From: Promethearchaeati archaeon
GTDB lineage: Archaea > Asgardarchaeota > Heimdallarchaeia > JABLTI01
Direction of reading: 5' to 3'
NCBI GenBank assembly: GCA_013166835.1
Contig: JABLTI010000024.1
Location: forward strand, 1 to 31,448
DNA length: 31,448 nucleotides
Positions 19,343 to 27,128 of this stretch are shown piece by piece. Position 1 is the first letter of the stretch. The number at the start of each line of letters is the position of its first letter. Both the position numbers and the translations under genes were made by a program. The notes below the pieces were generated by a model. It did no database searches, was not told where the DNA came from, and saw only the letters and a program-made list of their open reading frames with translations.

Positions 19343-20200
19343 TTATTTACCAACCCAGCTAGCAATATAGTAATGATTCTTTTCAGTAGAATCAATATTT
19401 GGATTCTTTTTCATCCATTTTCCACCAATTTTCTGTTCTTTAACTGTTAGCTCAAAATGACTTAGTGCAATACCCATATCCATTTGCTTCATTGGTGGTA
19501 ACTCATCAGTAGATTGTTTACGACTTAAACAAAGATAAAAGTGATAGGTATCCGAATTTTTCTCTTTGACGATTCTCCAAGGTTCTTTATTTGCTGCAGA
19601 AGGTCCGATACGCACCATTTCTAAAGCTGTTGCATATTTCCCAGCAATATCTTCAGTTAATGGTGTGGAAAAATCTCCAATGAAAAATAATTCTGACCAT
19701 GGTTTTCGTTTTCTAGATCCAATGCTCCAAGAAATGATTTTCTCATAAGTTTTTGGTTTGTCCGATGAATAACCAACAGGAGATGTTGCCGCAATATATT
19801 CGTCTTTTTTGAGTTTTGTACAATCCTCAAATTGACTATACCTAAAGGTTGAACCCAACCAGACAGTACCTAAACCAAGCTCAGTCATTTTCAGAATAAT
19901 TTTTTCAAAATTATAACCAAAATCTACAATATTTTTCTCTTCTTGATTCAGAATACCAATTATGAAATAACGAGCGCCCCTAACGAATCCATAAGTGCCA
20001 AGTCTGCGTTTTTCTGAAGGATCATCAAATCCACAATTAATTATTTCAAAACGACTTTTGCCACCAAATGGACCTGTAAATTCCTTTTTCAGGATTTTAG
20101 TGATCTTTTCTAGTTTACTTGATTCAATTTCAAGATCCTTATAGGCTCTTCTTGAAGTGCGTTGATTTATTATTTCAATTATGGAGTTTTCAAATTTCAT
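19343..20200 (-). CDS. Nitroreductase family protein (TM1586-like, two-domain)
   Basis: RTSRRAY, GLGTVWLG, GPSAANKEPWR, DMGIALSHFEL. Confidence 0.88.
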   Translation of the reverse strand: MKFENSIIEIINQRTSRRAYKDLEIESSKLEKITKILKKEFTGPFGGKSRFEIINCGFDDPSEKRRLGTYGFVRGARYFIIGILNQEEKNIVDFGYNFEKIILKMTELGLGTVWLGSTFRYSQFEDCTKLKKDEYIAATSPVGYSSDKPKTYEKIISWSIGSRKRKPWSELFFIGDFSTPLTEDIAGKYATALEMVRIGPSAANKEPWRIVKEKNSDTYHFYLCLSRKQSTDELPPMKQMDMGIALSHFELTVKEQKIGGKWMKKNPNIDSTEKNHYYIASWVGK

Positions 20201-20263
20201 AATCTAACATCTTCATTATAAAGAAAAAAAGGTAATGGTTAAGAAAATTACCACTACAATTGC

Positions 20264-20920
20264 TTAGTAATCGTCTTTAGCTACTTCTTCAATGTAGTCA
20301 ATTTGTTTGAAGAACTTTCTCCTTTTCTTATCCTTTTTCTCTTCATCCATTAGGATACCTTCTTGCTCAGGCCCTGGTGTAATTACTGGTTTAGGTAGTT
20401 GTGATGGGAAAAATAGTGATCTTAAACCTCCAATAAAAGCAATTGGAAAATACACAAGACCAACATAATATGCGATATAGAAATCCATGTCAGGATAATA
20501 CGTGAGTCGATAAAAGCTTCTAAACATAAGAACGCTAGTTAACCCTATTATTGCTGCAGCTGAGAATACAATCCCCGCGATACGTTGAAGTGTATTACTT
20601 CGCCATCTGTTTTTTCCAAGGAAAAATGCTGAACAGAAGAGAAAGACTGTACTAATGATTATAAAAATGAAAATCACTACAGAATAATTTGGCAAATCTC
20701 GAAATGTTCCCGAATCAGCATATGCCGACTCTGGATCTAGGCGATTATATTGGTTCCATGCGCCAAAGATCCAAATATTCTCAATCATAGATTCACCACC
20801 TACATCAAAATTTCTCCATGAACTAGGAATGCTTAGAATCATAATATTGCCTAAAACAACTATACAAAAAAGTACTATTAACGTTCTACGATCTTTAAAC
20901 TTCTCAATTGGTAATGTCAA
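20264..20920 (-). CDS. Four-TM membrane protein with claudin/PMP22-like pattern
   Basis: Four hydrophobic segments, a long first loop carrying W35-x17-G53-A-W55, a short second outer loop and a charged C-tail. CDS is confident; the family is an inference. Confidence 0.6.
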   Translation of the reverse strand: MTLPIEKFKDRRTLIVLFCIVVLGNIMILSIPSSWRNFDVGGESMIENIWIFGAWNQYNRLDPESAYADSGTFRDLPNYSVVIFIFIIISTVFLFCSAFFLGKNRWRSNTLQRIAGIVFSAAAIIGLTSVLMFRSFYRLTYYPDMDFYIAYYVGLVYFPIAFIGGLRSLFFPSQLPKPVITPGPEQEGILMDEEKKDKKRRKFFKQIDYIEEVAKDDY

Positions 20921-20992
20921 TAAAACAAATCCTTCACATAAAAATAGCGTTATGTAAATATAAAGCTAATTAAATAAAAATGATTAATGGAA

Positions 20993-21034
20993 GTTTTGAG
21001 TTGGGTGACTCAAAACCTCATTAACTGAGTGAGG
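20993..21034. terminator. Tandem hairpins downstream of the ABC ATPase gene (terminator, processing or operator element)
   Basis: GTTTTGAGT-tgggtg-ACTCAAAAC (20993-21016) adjoining CCTCA-N9-TGAGG (21016-21034). Confidence 0.4.
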
Positions 21035-21057
21035 ACACTCTGGGAGATAAGTCTATG

Positions 21058-21783
21058 TTAGCTATTTGATATGCGACCATCGCGAAGTTGCAACATGAGA
21101 TCAGTTCTTTCCCAAACCATTGGATCATGAGAAACAATAACCACTGTAACTCCTGTCCTTTCGCTTAGGTTTCTTAGTAATTGGATGATTTCATTCCCTA
21201 TCTTAGTATCTAAGTTTCCAGTTGGTTCATCAGCAAAAATAATGGTGGGATTATTGATAAGAGCACGAGCAATGGCTACTCTTTGTTTTTCGCCACCGCT
21301 TAATTCCTTAGGTTTGTGACTAGCTCTTTCAGCTAAACCTACTTGTTCTAGGATATTCATCGCTCGTTCACGATCAGCTTTCTTGATACCATCAGGAATT
21401 AAAGGTAAGAGAACATTCTCTAAAGCAGACAAAGTAGGAATTAATAAGAAATCTTGAAAGATAAATCCAATTTTGTTTTTCCGGATATCTGATAATTCAT
21501 TCTCAGAGAGTTCTGTAATGTCTACGCCATCAATAATTGCTCTACCAGATGTAGCCGAATCCATGCAACCTAGAATATTTATAAGAGAACTCTTACCAGA
21601 CCCGCTTGGTCCAGCAATTGCAATTACTTTTCCTTTTTCAATGCCAAAGGTAACGTTATCTAATGCTGTAACCATTGAAGGCAAGTCTGGGTTGTAAATC
21701 TTGTAAAGATTATATGCTTTAATGATATAATTATTCGATTTATCTAATTCGCTGTTTTCGAGGTGTTGTATTTGATCTACCAT
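21058..21783 (-). CDS. ABC transporter ATP-binding protein, LolD/MacB family
   Basis: GPSGSGKS, IGFIFQ, LSGGEKQRVAIARAL, FADEPTGNLD, VSHD; GGAGG SD. Confidence 0.95.
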   Translation of the reverse strand: MVDQIQHLENSELDKSNNYIIKAYNLYKIYNPDLPSMVTALDNVTFGIEKGKVIAIAGPSGSGKSSLINILGCMDSATSGRAIIDGVDITELSENELSDIRKNKIGFIFQDFLLIPTLSALENVLLPLIPDGIKKADRERAMNILEQVGLAERASHKPKELSGGEKQRVAIARALINNPTIIFADEPTGNLDTKIGNEIIQLLRNLSERTGVTVVIVSHDPMVWERTDLMLQLRDGRISNS

Positions 21784-21796
21784 TTCTTTATTCCTC

Positions 21797-23038
21797 CTAA
21801 GTTGCTCTAAGAACCTCCATCGGTTTAATTCTTGCAGCTCTAATGCCAGGGATTAAACCACCAGCAAGTCCAAGACCTAAACCATACGCAAGTACCTGGA
21901 GTACAATTTGCCAGGTTATTGTAACAAATGTTTGACCAGCGCCTAATTGAACGAAAAAGATCAATCCGCCACCGAGAGCAAAACCTACTAGTGCTCCAAT
22001 TAATCCAATTGTGATTGATTCTAAAATAATGTCTAAGAAAATTGATCCATTTTTCCATCCAGTGGCTTTCATTATAGCAAATTCTTTCATTCTTTCGCTT
22101 ACTCCCATGAGTTGAGCGACAACTATTGCCATACCTCCAGCAACAATTACAATTATTATAAGGATGGTTTGGAATATCTCAAAATTTGCCATAATTTCAC
22201 CCATGCTTTCGATTTCAGCTCCAAGACCAGTAACAGATAATTTTGGTTCTAGTTCTTCTAGCTCAGCAATATAAATATCCGTTTCATCAACACTTTCACT
22301 ATCAAAACGAATTCTGGCTCTATTATATCCTTCTTGTTCAAAGGGAAGACTAAGGGTGTTTATTTGTAAACTAGTATTGACGGACATAACGAAACCCGGA
22401 TCAAGAATTCGGGTCATTTCTTCTCCTGCATCATAAACTCCTACAATTGTAACTGGAACGGTGTAAGTATAATTAATTGGTAAATCAAATGATTCGCCTA
22501 AAGTGAAGACTGAGGAACCACCTTCAAGAATGTAATCAGCAATAATTACTTCAAAATCATTCTCAAAAAGCTGCCCTTCAGTTATTTTGGTTGTTGGTCC
22601 CTCAAAAGTAGCATCATCATCCGGATTTACTCCTTTGGCTCCCAGAGCTACTGCACTCATATCCATGCCTGGACCCATCATGCCCCCTTCGATAGTTACA
22701 TTATCTGCAAACTGCCGGAAATTATTAACTACAACTTCTGGACTGAGAGCTAGTATTTTATCACTCGAATCAATTGTTCGTATAATATCTGAGATATTTT
22801 TCGGAAGTTGAGAAAGTGTTATTTGTGTATCATACTCTTGAACTTCTACATCACCAACTGTTTCTGCAACTGCGTCTCCTAGTAAACTGTCGAAACCAGC
22901 AGAAGCTGATGAAAGAGTTACCATTAATGCTATCCCGATTGCAATTCCTACAATAGATAGTGCTGCAACGAGTTTCTTTCTAAAAGCATTCTTCAATGCA
23001 AAACGTATTGTCTGAAATACCAATTTTTTAATCACCAT
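21797..23038 (-). CDS. ABC transporter permease, FtsX/MacB/LolE family
   Basis: TM1 followed by a large extracytoplasmic domain and three C-terminal TMs; ERMKEFAIMKATGW, PGIRAARIKPMEVLR. Confidence 0.92.
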   Translation of the reverse strand: MVIKKLVFQTIRFALKNAFRKKLVAALSIVGIAIGIALMVTLSSASAGFDSLLGDAVAETVGDVEVQEYDTQITLSQLPKNISDIIRTIDSSDKILALSPEVVVNNFRQFADNVTIEGGMMGPGMDMSAVALGAKGVNPDDDATFEGPTTKITEGQLFENDFEVIIADYILEGGSSVFTLGESFDLPINYTYTVPVTIVGVYDAGEEMTRILDPGFVMSVNTSLQINTLSLPFEQEGYNRARIRFDSESVDETDIYIAELEELEPKLSVTGLGAEIESMGEIMANFEIFQTILIIIVIVAGGMAIVVAQLMGVSERMKEFAIMKATGWKNGSIFLDIILESITIGLIGALVGFALGGGLIFFVQLGAGQTFVTITWQIVLQVLAYGLGLGLAGGLIPGIRAARIKPMEVLRAT

Positions 23039-23112
23039 GTCATTTTTTCAATAAATATTTTGTTCATAAATTAAACGGTTTTTGTAGAGATAAGTATAAA
23101 CAAAACACAATC

Positions 23113-23122
23113 TTTATATAAA
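23113..23122. promoter_or_regulatory. Palindromic TATA box between the divergent ABC permease and TetR genes
   Basis: TTTATATAAA, about 30 nt before the TetR ATG; the TetR gene has no evident SD. Confidence 0.45.
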
Positions 23123-23152
23123 CCTTTGCAAACATAATAAAATTGAGCAAGA

Positions 23153-23848
23153 ATGTCAGAAGAATTGCCTAAACTAAAGAAGAATCAAAGGAAAGAGTCA
23201 ATTTTAGATTCAGCTCTAAAAGTCATGTGTGAAAAAGGGATAGATGCTACGACTATGAGAGAAATTGCTAAAGTTGAAGGCATTTCTGAAACACTATTGT
23301 ACCGGTTCTTCAAAAACAAGCAAGAAATATTTTTTGCGCTAATACAATCACGTGCTGAGAGAACTTTTCAAGGTTTGGAAGAATTGGTTGAAACCATCAA
23401 AGGCATGATTCCTGATCCTAAAGTAACGTTACCAATTATTTTGAAACTTGGAAAAAACAAGATGCTAGAAAATAAAGATATAATTTCTTTAATGATTAAG
23501 GAAAAGGAAAAAATGAAAGGGCAATTTAAAGGAATGAAATCATTTACTGAAGGTTCTATGAATGGGTCCTTTGCCATCAAGCTTTTTGAGCGATTTCAAA
23601 AACTGCAATTTGATTCGATATTTACTAATTATTTTCAACGATGTCAAACTGAAGGAAATCTAAGAACAGATATTGAACCAAAATATGTAGCAAGAATGTT
23701 TCTTGGTTTGATGATACCTCCAACACTCCCTCCCTTCGTAGGTTTTAAAAATCCAATGAATGGGTTTGATGAGGAAGCTCTTGATGAATTTATTCAAGCA
23801 CAAACTGAGATTTTCCTACAAGGAATCTTGCCGGTTAAAAAGAAGTGA
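23153..23848 (+). CDS. TetR/AcrR family transcriptional regulator
   Basis: RKESILDSALKVMCEKGIDATTMREIAKVEGISETLLYRFFKNKQEI; divergent from the ABC pair. Confidence 0.93.
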   Translation: MSEELPKLKKNQRKESILDSALKVMCEKGIDATTMREIAKVEGISETLLYRFFKNKQEIFFALIQSRAERTFQGLEELVETIKGMIPDPKVTLPIILKLGKNKMLENKDIISLMIKEKEKMKGQFKGMKSFTEGSMNGSFAIKLFERFQKLQFDSIFTNYFQRCQTEGNLRTDIEPKYVARMFLGLMIPPTLPPFVGFKNPMNGFDEEALDEFIQAQTEIFLQGILPVKKK

Positions 23849-23958
23849 GTTTTTTCAGGGAAAAAATTTTCCTATAAAGAATTGTTTAATAATTAGATGT
23901 TGAATTAAGTTGTTTGTGTACGTTGAAAAGCGTAAATATGGATAGGAAGGTATGAGTT

Positions 23959-24669
23959 TTGAGTGAAGAAACAAAGAATCTACTTCTCAGATTGAAGAAA
24001 GAGAAGAAAGTCAATAAGCAAATTGAAATTATTAAAAAACTTAAGGAACATAATCAAGAAGAAATGGTTAATCACGTTTTATTAGTTCATCTTGATCGGA
24101 AAGATCATGATGCCTTAAGAATGGAAATTCTAAATGCTATTAACAGTAATGATGATGCTATTGTAAAACCTCTTGCTCAAATTCTAAGTGATAAATATGA
24201 ACCACTTTCTGTAAAAGAAAAAGTAGTTCAGTTATTAGGAGAGAATAGAGGGAAGAAAGCACTAGGAGTTTTATTGTCTGCTGTTAAGAAATACAAGGAT
24301 GCTAAATTGGTAGATAACATTTCTTATGCTCTTACATTTTTTGAAGATGATCGAGTCATAAAACCACTAATTAAAGCCCTACGACATGATGAATTGCGTT
24401 TACAGGCTCTAACTGGTTTAGCTAGAAATGAAACTTTGTTACTTGGTTCAATGGATTTAATAAAAGAATTAACACTATTAGAGATCACAAAGAGCTTTGA
24501 AAAACTTCACTATGAACAAATAATGGATACAATTTTTGATGAATTCGGATACAATGACAAAGAAGAGTTATTTGCTGCTGTTAAAAACAAATCCATAAAA
24601 AACAAGATCGATGACTATCGGAAGAAACAAGCTGATATTAAAAAGACCTTGAAAAAAGTGACTAGATAA
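23959..24669 (+). CDS. HEAT/PBS-lyase-like repeat protein
   Basis: AIVKPLAQILSD..VKEKVVQLLGE, ALGVLLSAV..ISYALTFFEDDRVIKPLIKALRHDELRLQALTGL. Confidence 0.7.
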   Translation: MSEETKNLLLRLKKEKKVNKQIEIIKKLKEHNQEEMVNHVLLVHLDRKDHDALRMEILNAINSNDDAIVKPLAQILSDKYEPLSVKEKVVQLLGENRGKKALGVLLSAVKKYKDAKLVDNISYALTFFEDDRVIKPLIKALRHDELRLQALTGLARNETLLLGSMDLIKELTLLEITKSFEKLHYEQIMDTIFDEFGYNDKEELFAAVKNKSIKNKIDDYRKKQADIKKTLKKVTR

Positions 24670-24935
24670 TCTCATTATTTTCCCTTTTTTATTTTTGCAG
24701 TTAACTCTAATTTTATATATTTGAACGTTCAAAACACATTTAACGTTTAAATGACCCGAACAACTATGGTCAAAAAATCATGTTTACCCCTTCCACAAAA
24801 GATTGGTAGCCTTTATTTATTGACCTGGAAAGTTGAGTCAGTCCTTTAATTCGTTTAACTTTGTTCAAATCCCAGTAATTGTCAGTCCGGTATGCCCCAA
24901 TACTGGATTGGCTTTTCACTATCTTCTTATGATTC

Positions 24936-25475
24936 TTAGAGTTCTTCTGTAGATAACATAAGATCAGCAATGTTTGATGGAGTAAAGAACCCGTCGAAAT
25001 CTCCAAATCTCTGAATATACTCAATGATGTGGTTTGATGTTTCAGTTGGTTTTGTGAAGATTTGTTTTATTCCATCCTCTTCGCTTCCAAAGTAGTTTTC
25101 TGAAGTAAACTTTATTTCTCGTGATTTTTGTATCTCAATCACTTTCTCAATATTGGTCACTTCATATGCAAAATGATGAATTCTGCTACCATATTTTTGA
25201 CAATATTTCTCAACTATTGAGTCATCAGATAACCCTTCACTAATGACAATAACTGGTAAAGTTTCATGTAATTTCAAAGCAACGGTTGTAGCATTAGAGG
25301 ATATGACTTTAAAGGTCTTATAATGACGAACAGGGATATAATTAGTTAATTCAGTCATCAGCTTCTCTCGTTCCCCTCTTTTAACACGATAAGCAATATG
25401 ATCTAATCTGACAATATATTGATCAATTCCTGAATCCAGTCGATCCTTCTCTACTTTCTTAAATTCTTCAAGCAA
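24936..25475 (-). CDS. Single-domain VOC protein resembling the catalytic C-terminal half of 4-hydroxyphenylpyruvate dioxygenase
   Basis: RLDHIAY, IHHFAY, IKQIFTKP, IIEYIQR, FDGFFTPSNIADLM; AGGAG SD before the TTG start. Confidence 0.7.
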   Translation of the reverse strand: MLEEFKKVEKDRLDSGIDQYIVRLDHIAYRVKRGEREKLMTELTNYIPVRHYKTFKVISSNATTVALKLHETLPVIVISEGLSDDSIVEKYCQKYGSRIHHFAYEVTNIEKVIEIQKSREIKFTSENYFGSEEDGIKQIFTKPTETSNHIIEYIQRFGDFDGFFTPSNIADLMLSTEEL

Positions 25476-25650
25476 GTTATTTTTCTCCTAGATTTATTAA
25501 TAACTAAGAATTCTTTGCTTTCAATTTAAATCAATCGTTAAAAAAAGTAAAGTAGAAAAAAACTACTTCTTAGATAATTTAACATGAAATAGCAATACTC
25601 AAAAATCAAGTTGTTCTAAACATCTCAGAAAAACAAAGGGGAAACATAAT

Positions 25651-26907
25651 TTGGAAATTACAAAAGAAATACAAGCTTTTCTTTTAGAAGAAGGAAAGAA
25701 TCGATTTCTGAAATATATAAAAATTGATACAACATCTGATGAAGGAACAGGAACGTTTCCTTCAACTCAAAAGCAGTTTGATCTTGGAAAAATATTAGTT
25801 AACGAGTTAAAAGATCTAGGATTTGAAAATGTAATACTAGATGAATTTTGCTTTGTGTATGGTGATCTTCCTGCAAGTAAAGGATATGAGAAATCTCAAC
25901 CAATTGGATTATTAGCTCATATGGATACTTCTCCCTCTGAGAGTGGGGCAAATATTGAACCTGTTATTCATGAGAAATATGACGGTAAACCAATTACATA
26001 TCCAAAAAATCCTGATATTACATTAACTCTGCAAGACTCACCATTACTCGAGAAATTCAAAGGAATGGACATCATTACTTCTTCTGGTGATACATTACTT
26101 GGAGCGGATGACAAATCAGGTATTGCAGGAATTATGGCCGCAGCTGCTGCTTGGCATAAATATCCGGAATTAAAGCATGGTCCTATAACTGTATGTTTTA
26201 CACCTGATGAGGAGATTGGTCATGGTACGACAAAAATTGATATGGATCGATTACCCAAATTCTGCTATACTTTCGATGGTGGCGAGATGGGAGAATTGGA
26301 GATTGAATGTTTTGATGCCTGGAAAGCAACCATTACTTTCAACGGAATAAGTGTACATCCTGGTTATGCGAAAAATCTCATGGTAAATGCAATAGAAGTA
26401 GCCTCACGATTTGTTTCTCAAATTCCTGAAGCAGAAACTCCACAGCATGTTGAGAAAAGAGAAGGTTTCTATCATCTCTACAAAATGGAGGGTGACTGTG
26501 TTAAAGCGAAAACAATATTCATTTTGAGAGATTTCAAAAAAGAAAACAATCAAAAAAGAATGAAGTATCTTGAGAAACTCAAAGTTGCATTTGAAGAAAG
26601 GTATCCTGGTTTAAAGATTGAACTAGATTTCCAACATTCATATGAAAACATGTTAGTCTATCTAGAAGAACATCCTGAAGTAATCCAGAAAGCAGCGGAT
26701 GCAATAAAGATGGCAGATCTAGAACTTCATCAAACATTAATTCGTGGTGGGACTGATGGAGCACGATTAAGTGCTCGAGGAATACCTACACCAAATCTTT
26801 TTGCCGGTGGTGTTCTTTTCCATTCATTGAAGGAATACATTCCTATCCCAGCTTTACAAAAGTCTGCTGAAGTTATACTTTATCTTGCAAAAAATTGGAT
26901 AGGATGA
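25651..26907 (+). CDS. pepT: Peptidase T (M20B tripeptide aminopeptidase)
   Basis: RFLKYIKIDTTS, AHMDTS, LGADDKSG, FTPDEEIG, YTFDGG, HPGYAK, IRGGTDGARLS, PTPNLF, FHS. Confidence 0.95.
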   Translation: MEITKEIQAFLLEEGKNRFLKYIKIDTTSDEGTGTFPSTQKQFDLGKILVNELKDLGFENVILDEFCFVYGDLPASKGYEKSQPIGLLAHMDTSPSESGANIEPVIHEKYDGKPITYPKNPDITLTLQDSPLLEKFKGMDIITSSGDTLLGADDKSGIAGIMAAAAAWHKYPELKHGPITVCFTPDEEIGHGTTKIDMDRLPKFCYTFDGGEMGELEIECFDAWKATITFNGISVHPGYAKNLMVNAIEVASRFVSQIPEAETPQHVEKREGFYHLYKMEGDCVKAKTIFILRDFKKENNQKRMKYLEKLKVAFEERYPGLKIELDFQHSYENMLVYLEEHPEVIQKAADAIKMADLELHQTLIRGGTDGARLSARGIPTPNLFAGGVLFHSLKEYIPIPALQKSAEVILYLAKNWIG

Positions 26908-27067
26908 TTATCAATCCACCATTTCAGGTGCCAATGACTTGTTTATAAGCACATTCGCATTGGCTCTCATATTACCTGATATTACACCTACACCAACAAG
27001 TGAAGCTGCTTTAACTTTACCAGTTCTATTTATTATTTCACTTTTAGGAGAATGCATTGTAATTTAG
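26903..27067 (+). pseudogene. Start-less 3' remnant of a surface protein (SBBP/beta-propeller-like repeat end, PT linker, C-terminal TM anchor)
   Basis: My translation: DDYQSTISGANDLFISTFALALILPDITPTPTSEAALTLPVLFIISLLGECIVI*, followed by RK. No upstream start codon; it abuts the pepT stop. Confidence 0.5.
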
Positions 27068-27081
27068 AGAAAAGAAATAAC

Positions 27082-27125
27082 TGATTAAAGAACTAAAGAC
27101 TAGTCTTTAATCATCCTTTTTTTTT
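27082..27125. terminator. Inverted repeat plus T-run between convergent genes
   Basis: TGATTAAAGA...TCTTTAATCA (27082-27113) overlapping the perfect palindrome TAAAGACTAGTCTTTA (27094-27109), followed by a 9-T run. Confidence 0.55.
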
Positions 27126-27128
27126 ACA

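Noticed and set aside
20264-20290. C-terminal AKDDY of the tetraspan resembling the claudin-1 ending KDYV (PDZ-binding)
   Set aside because: It lacks the terminal Val and is too short to be meaningful; not counted as evidence.
9373-21057. Identical 15-mer GGAGATAAGTCTATG at 9373-9387 (minus strand, SD plus start of the repeat protein) and 21043-21057 (plus strand)
   Set aside because: A rough estimate says a few 15-mer matches are expected by chance in 31 kb of AT-rich DNA. The second copy opens only MLAI*, antisense to the ABC ATPase end.
24770-25024. 84-aa minus-strand ORF in the ORF track
   Set aside because: Overlaps the VOC gene in another frame, with no SD and no recognisable motif.
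26911-27057. 48-codon minus-strand ORF MHSPKSEIINRTGKVKAASLVGVGVISGNMRANANVLINKSLAPEMVD
   Set aside because: No recognisable motif; the opposite strand reads as a much more protein-like surface-anchor remnant.
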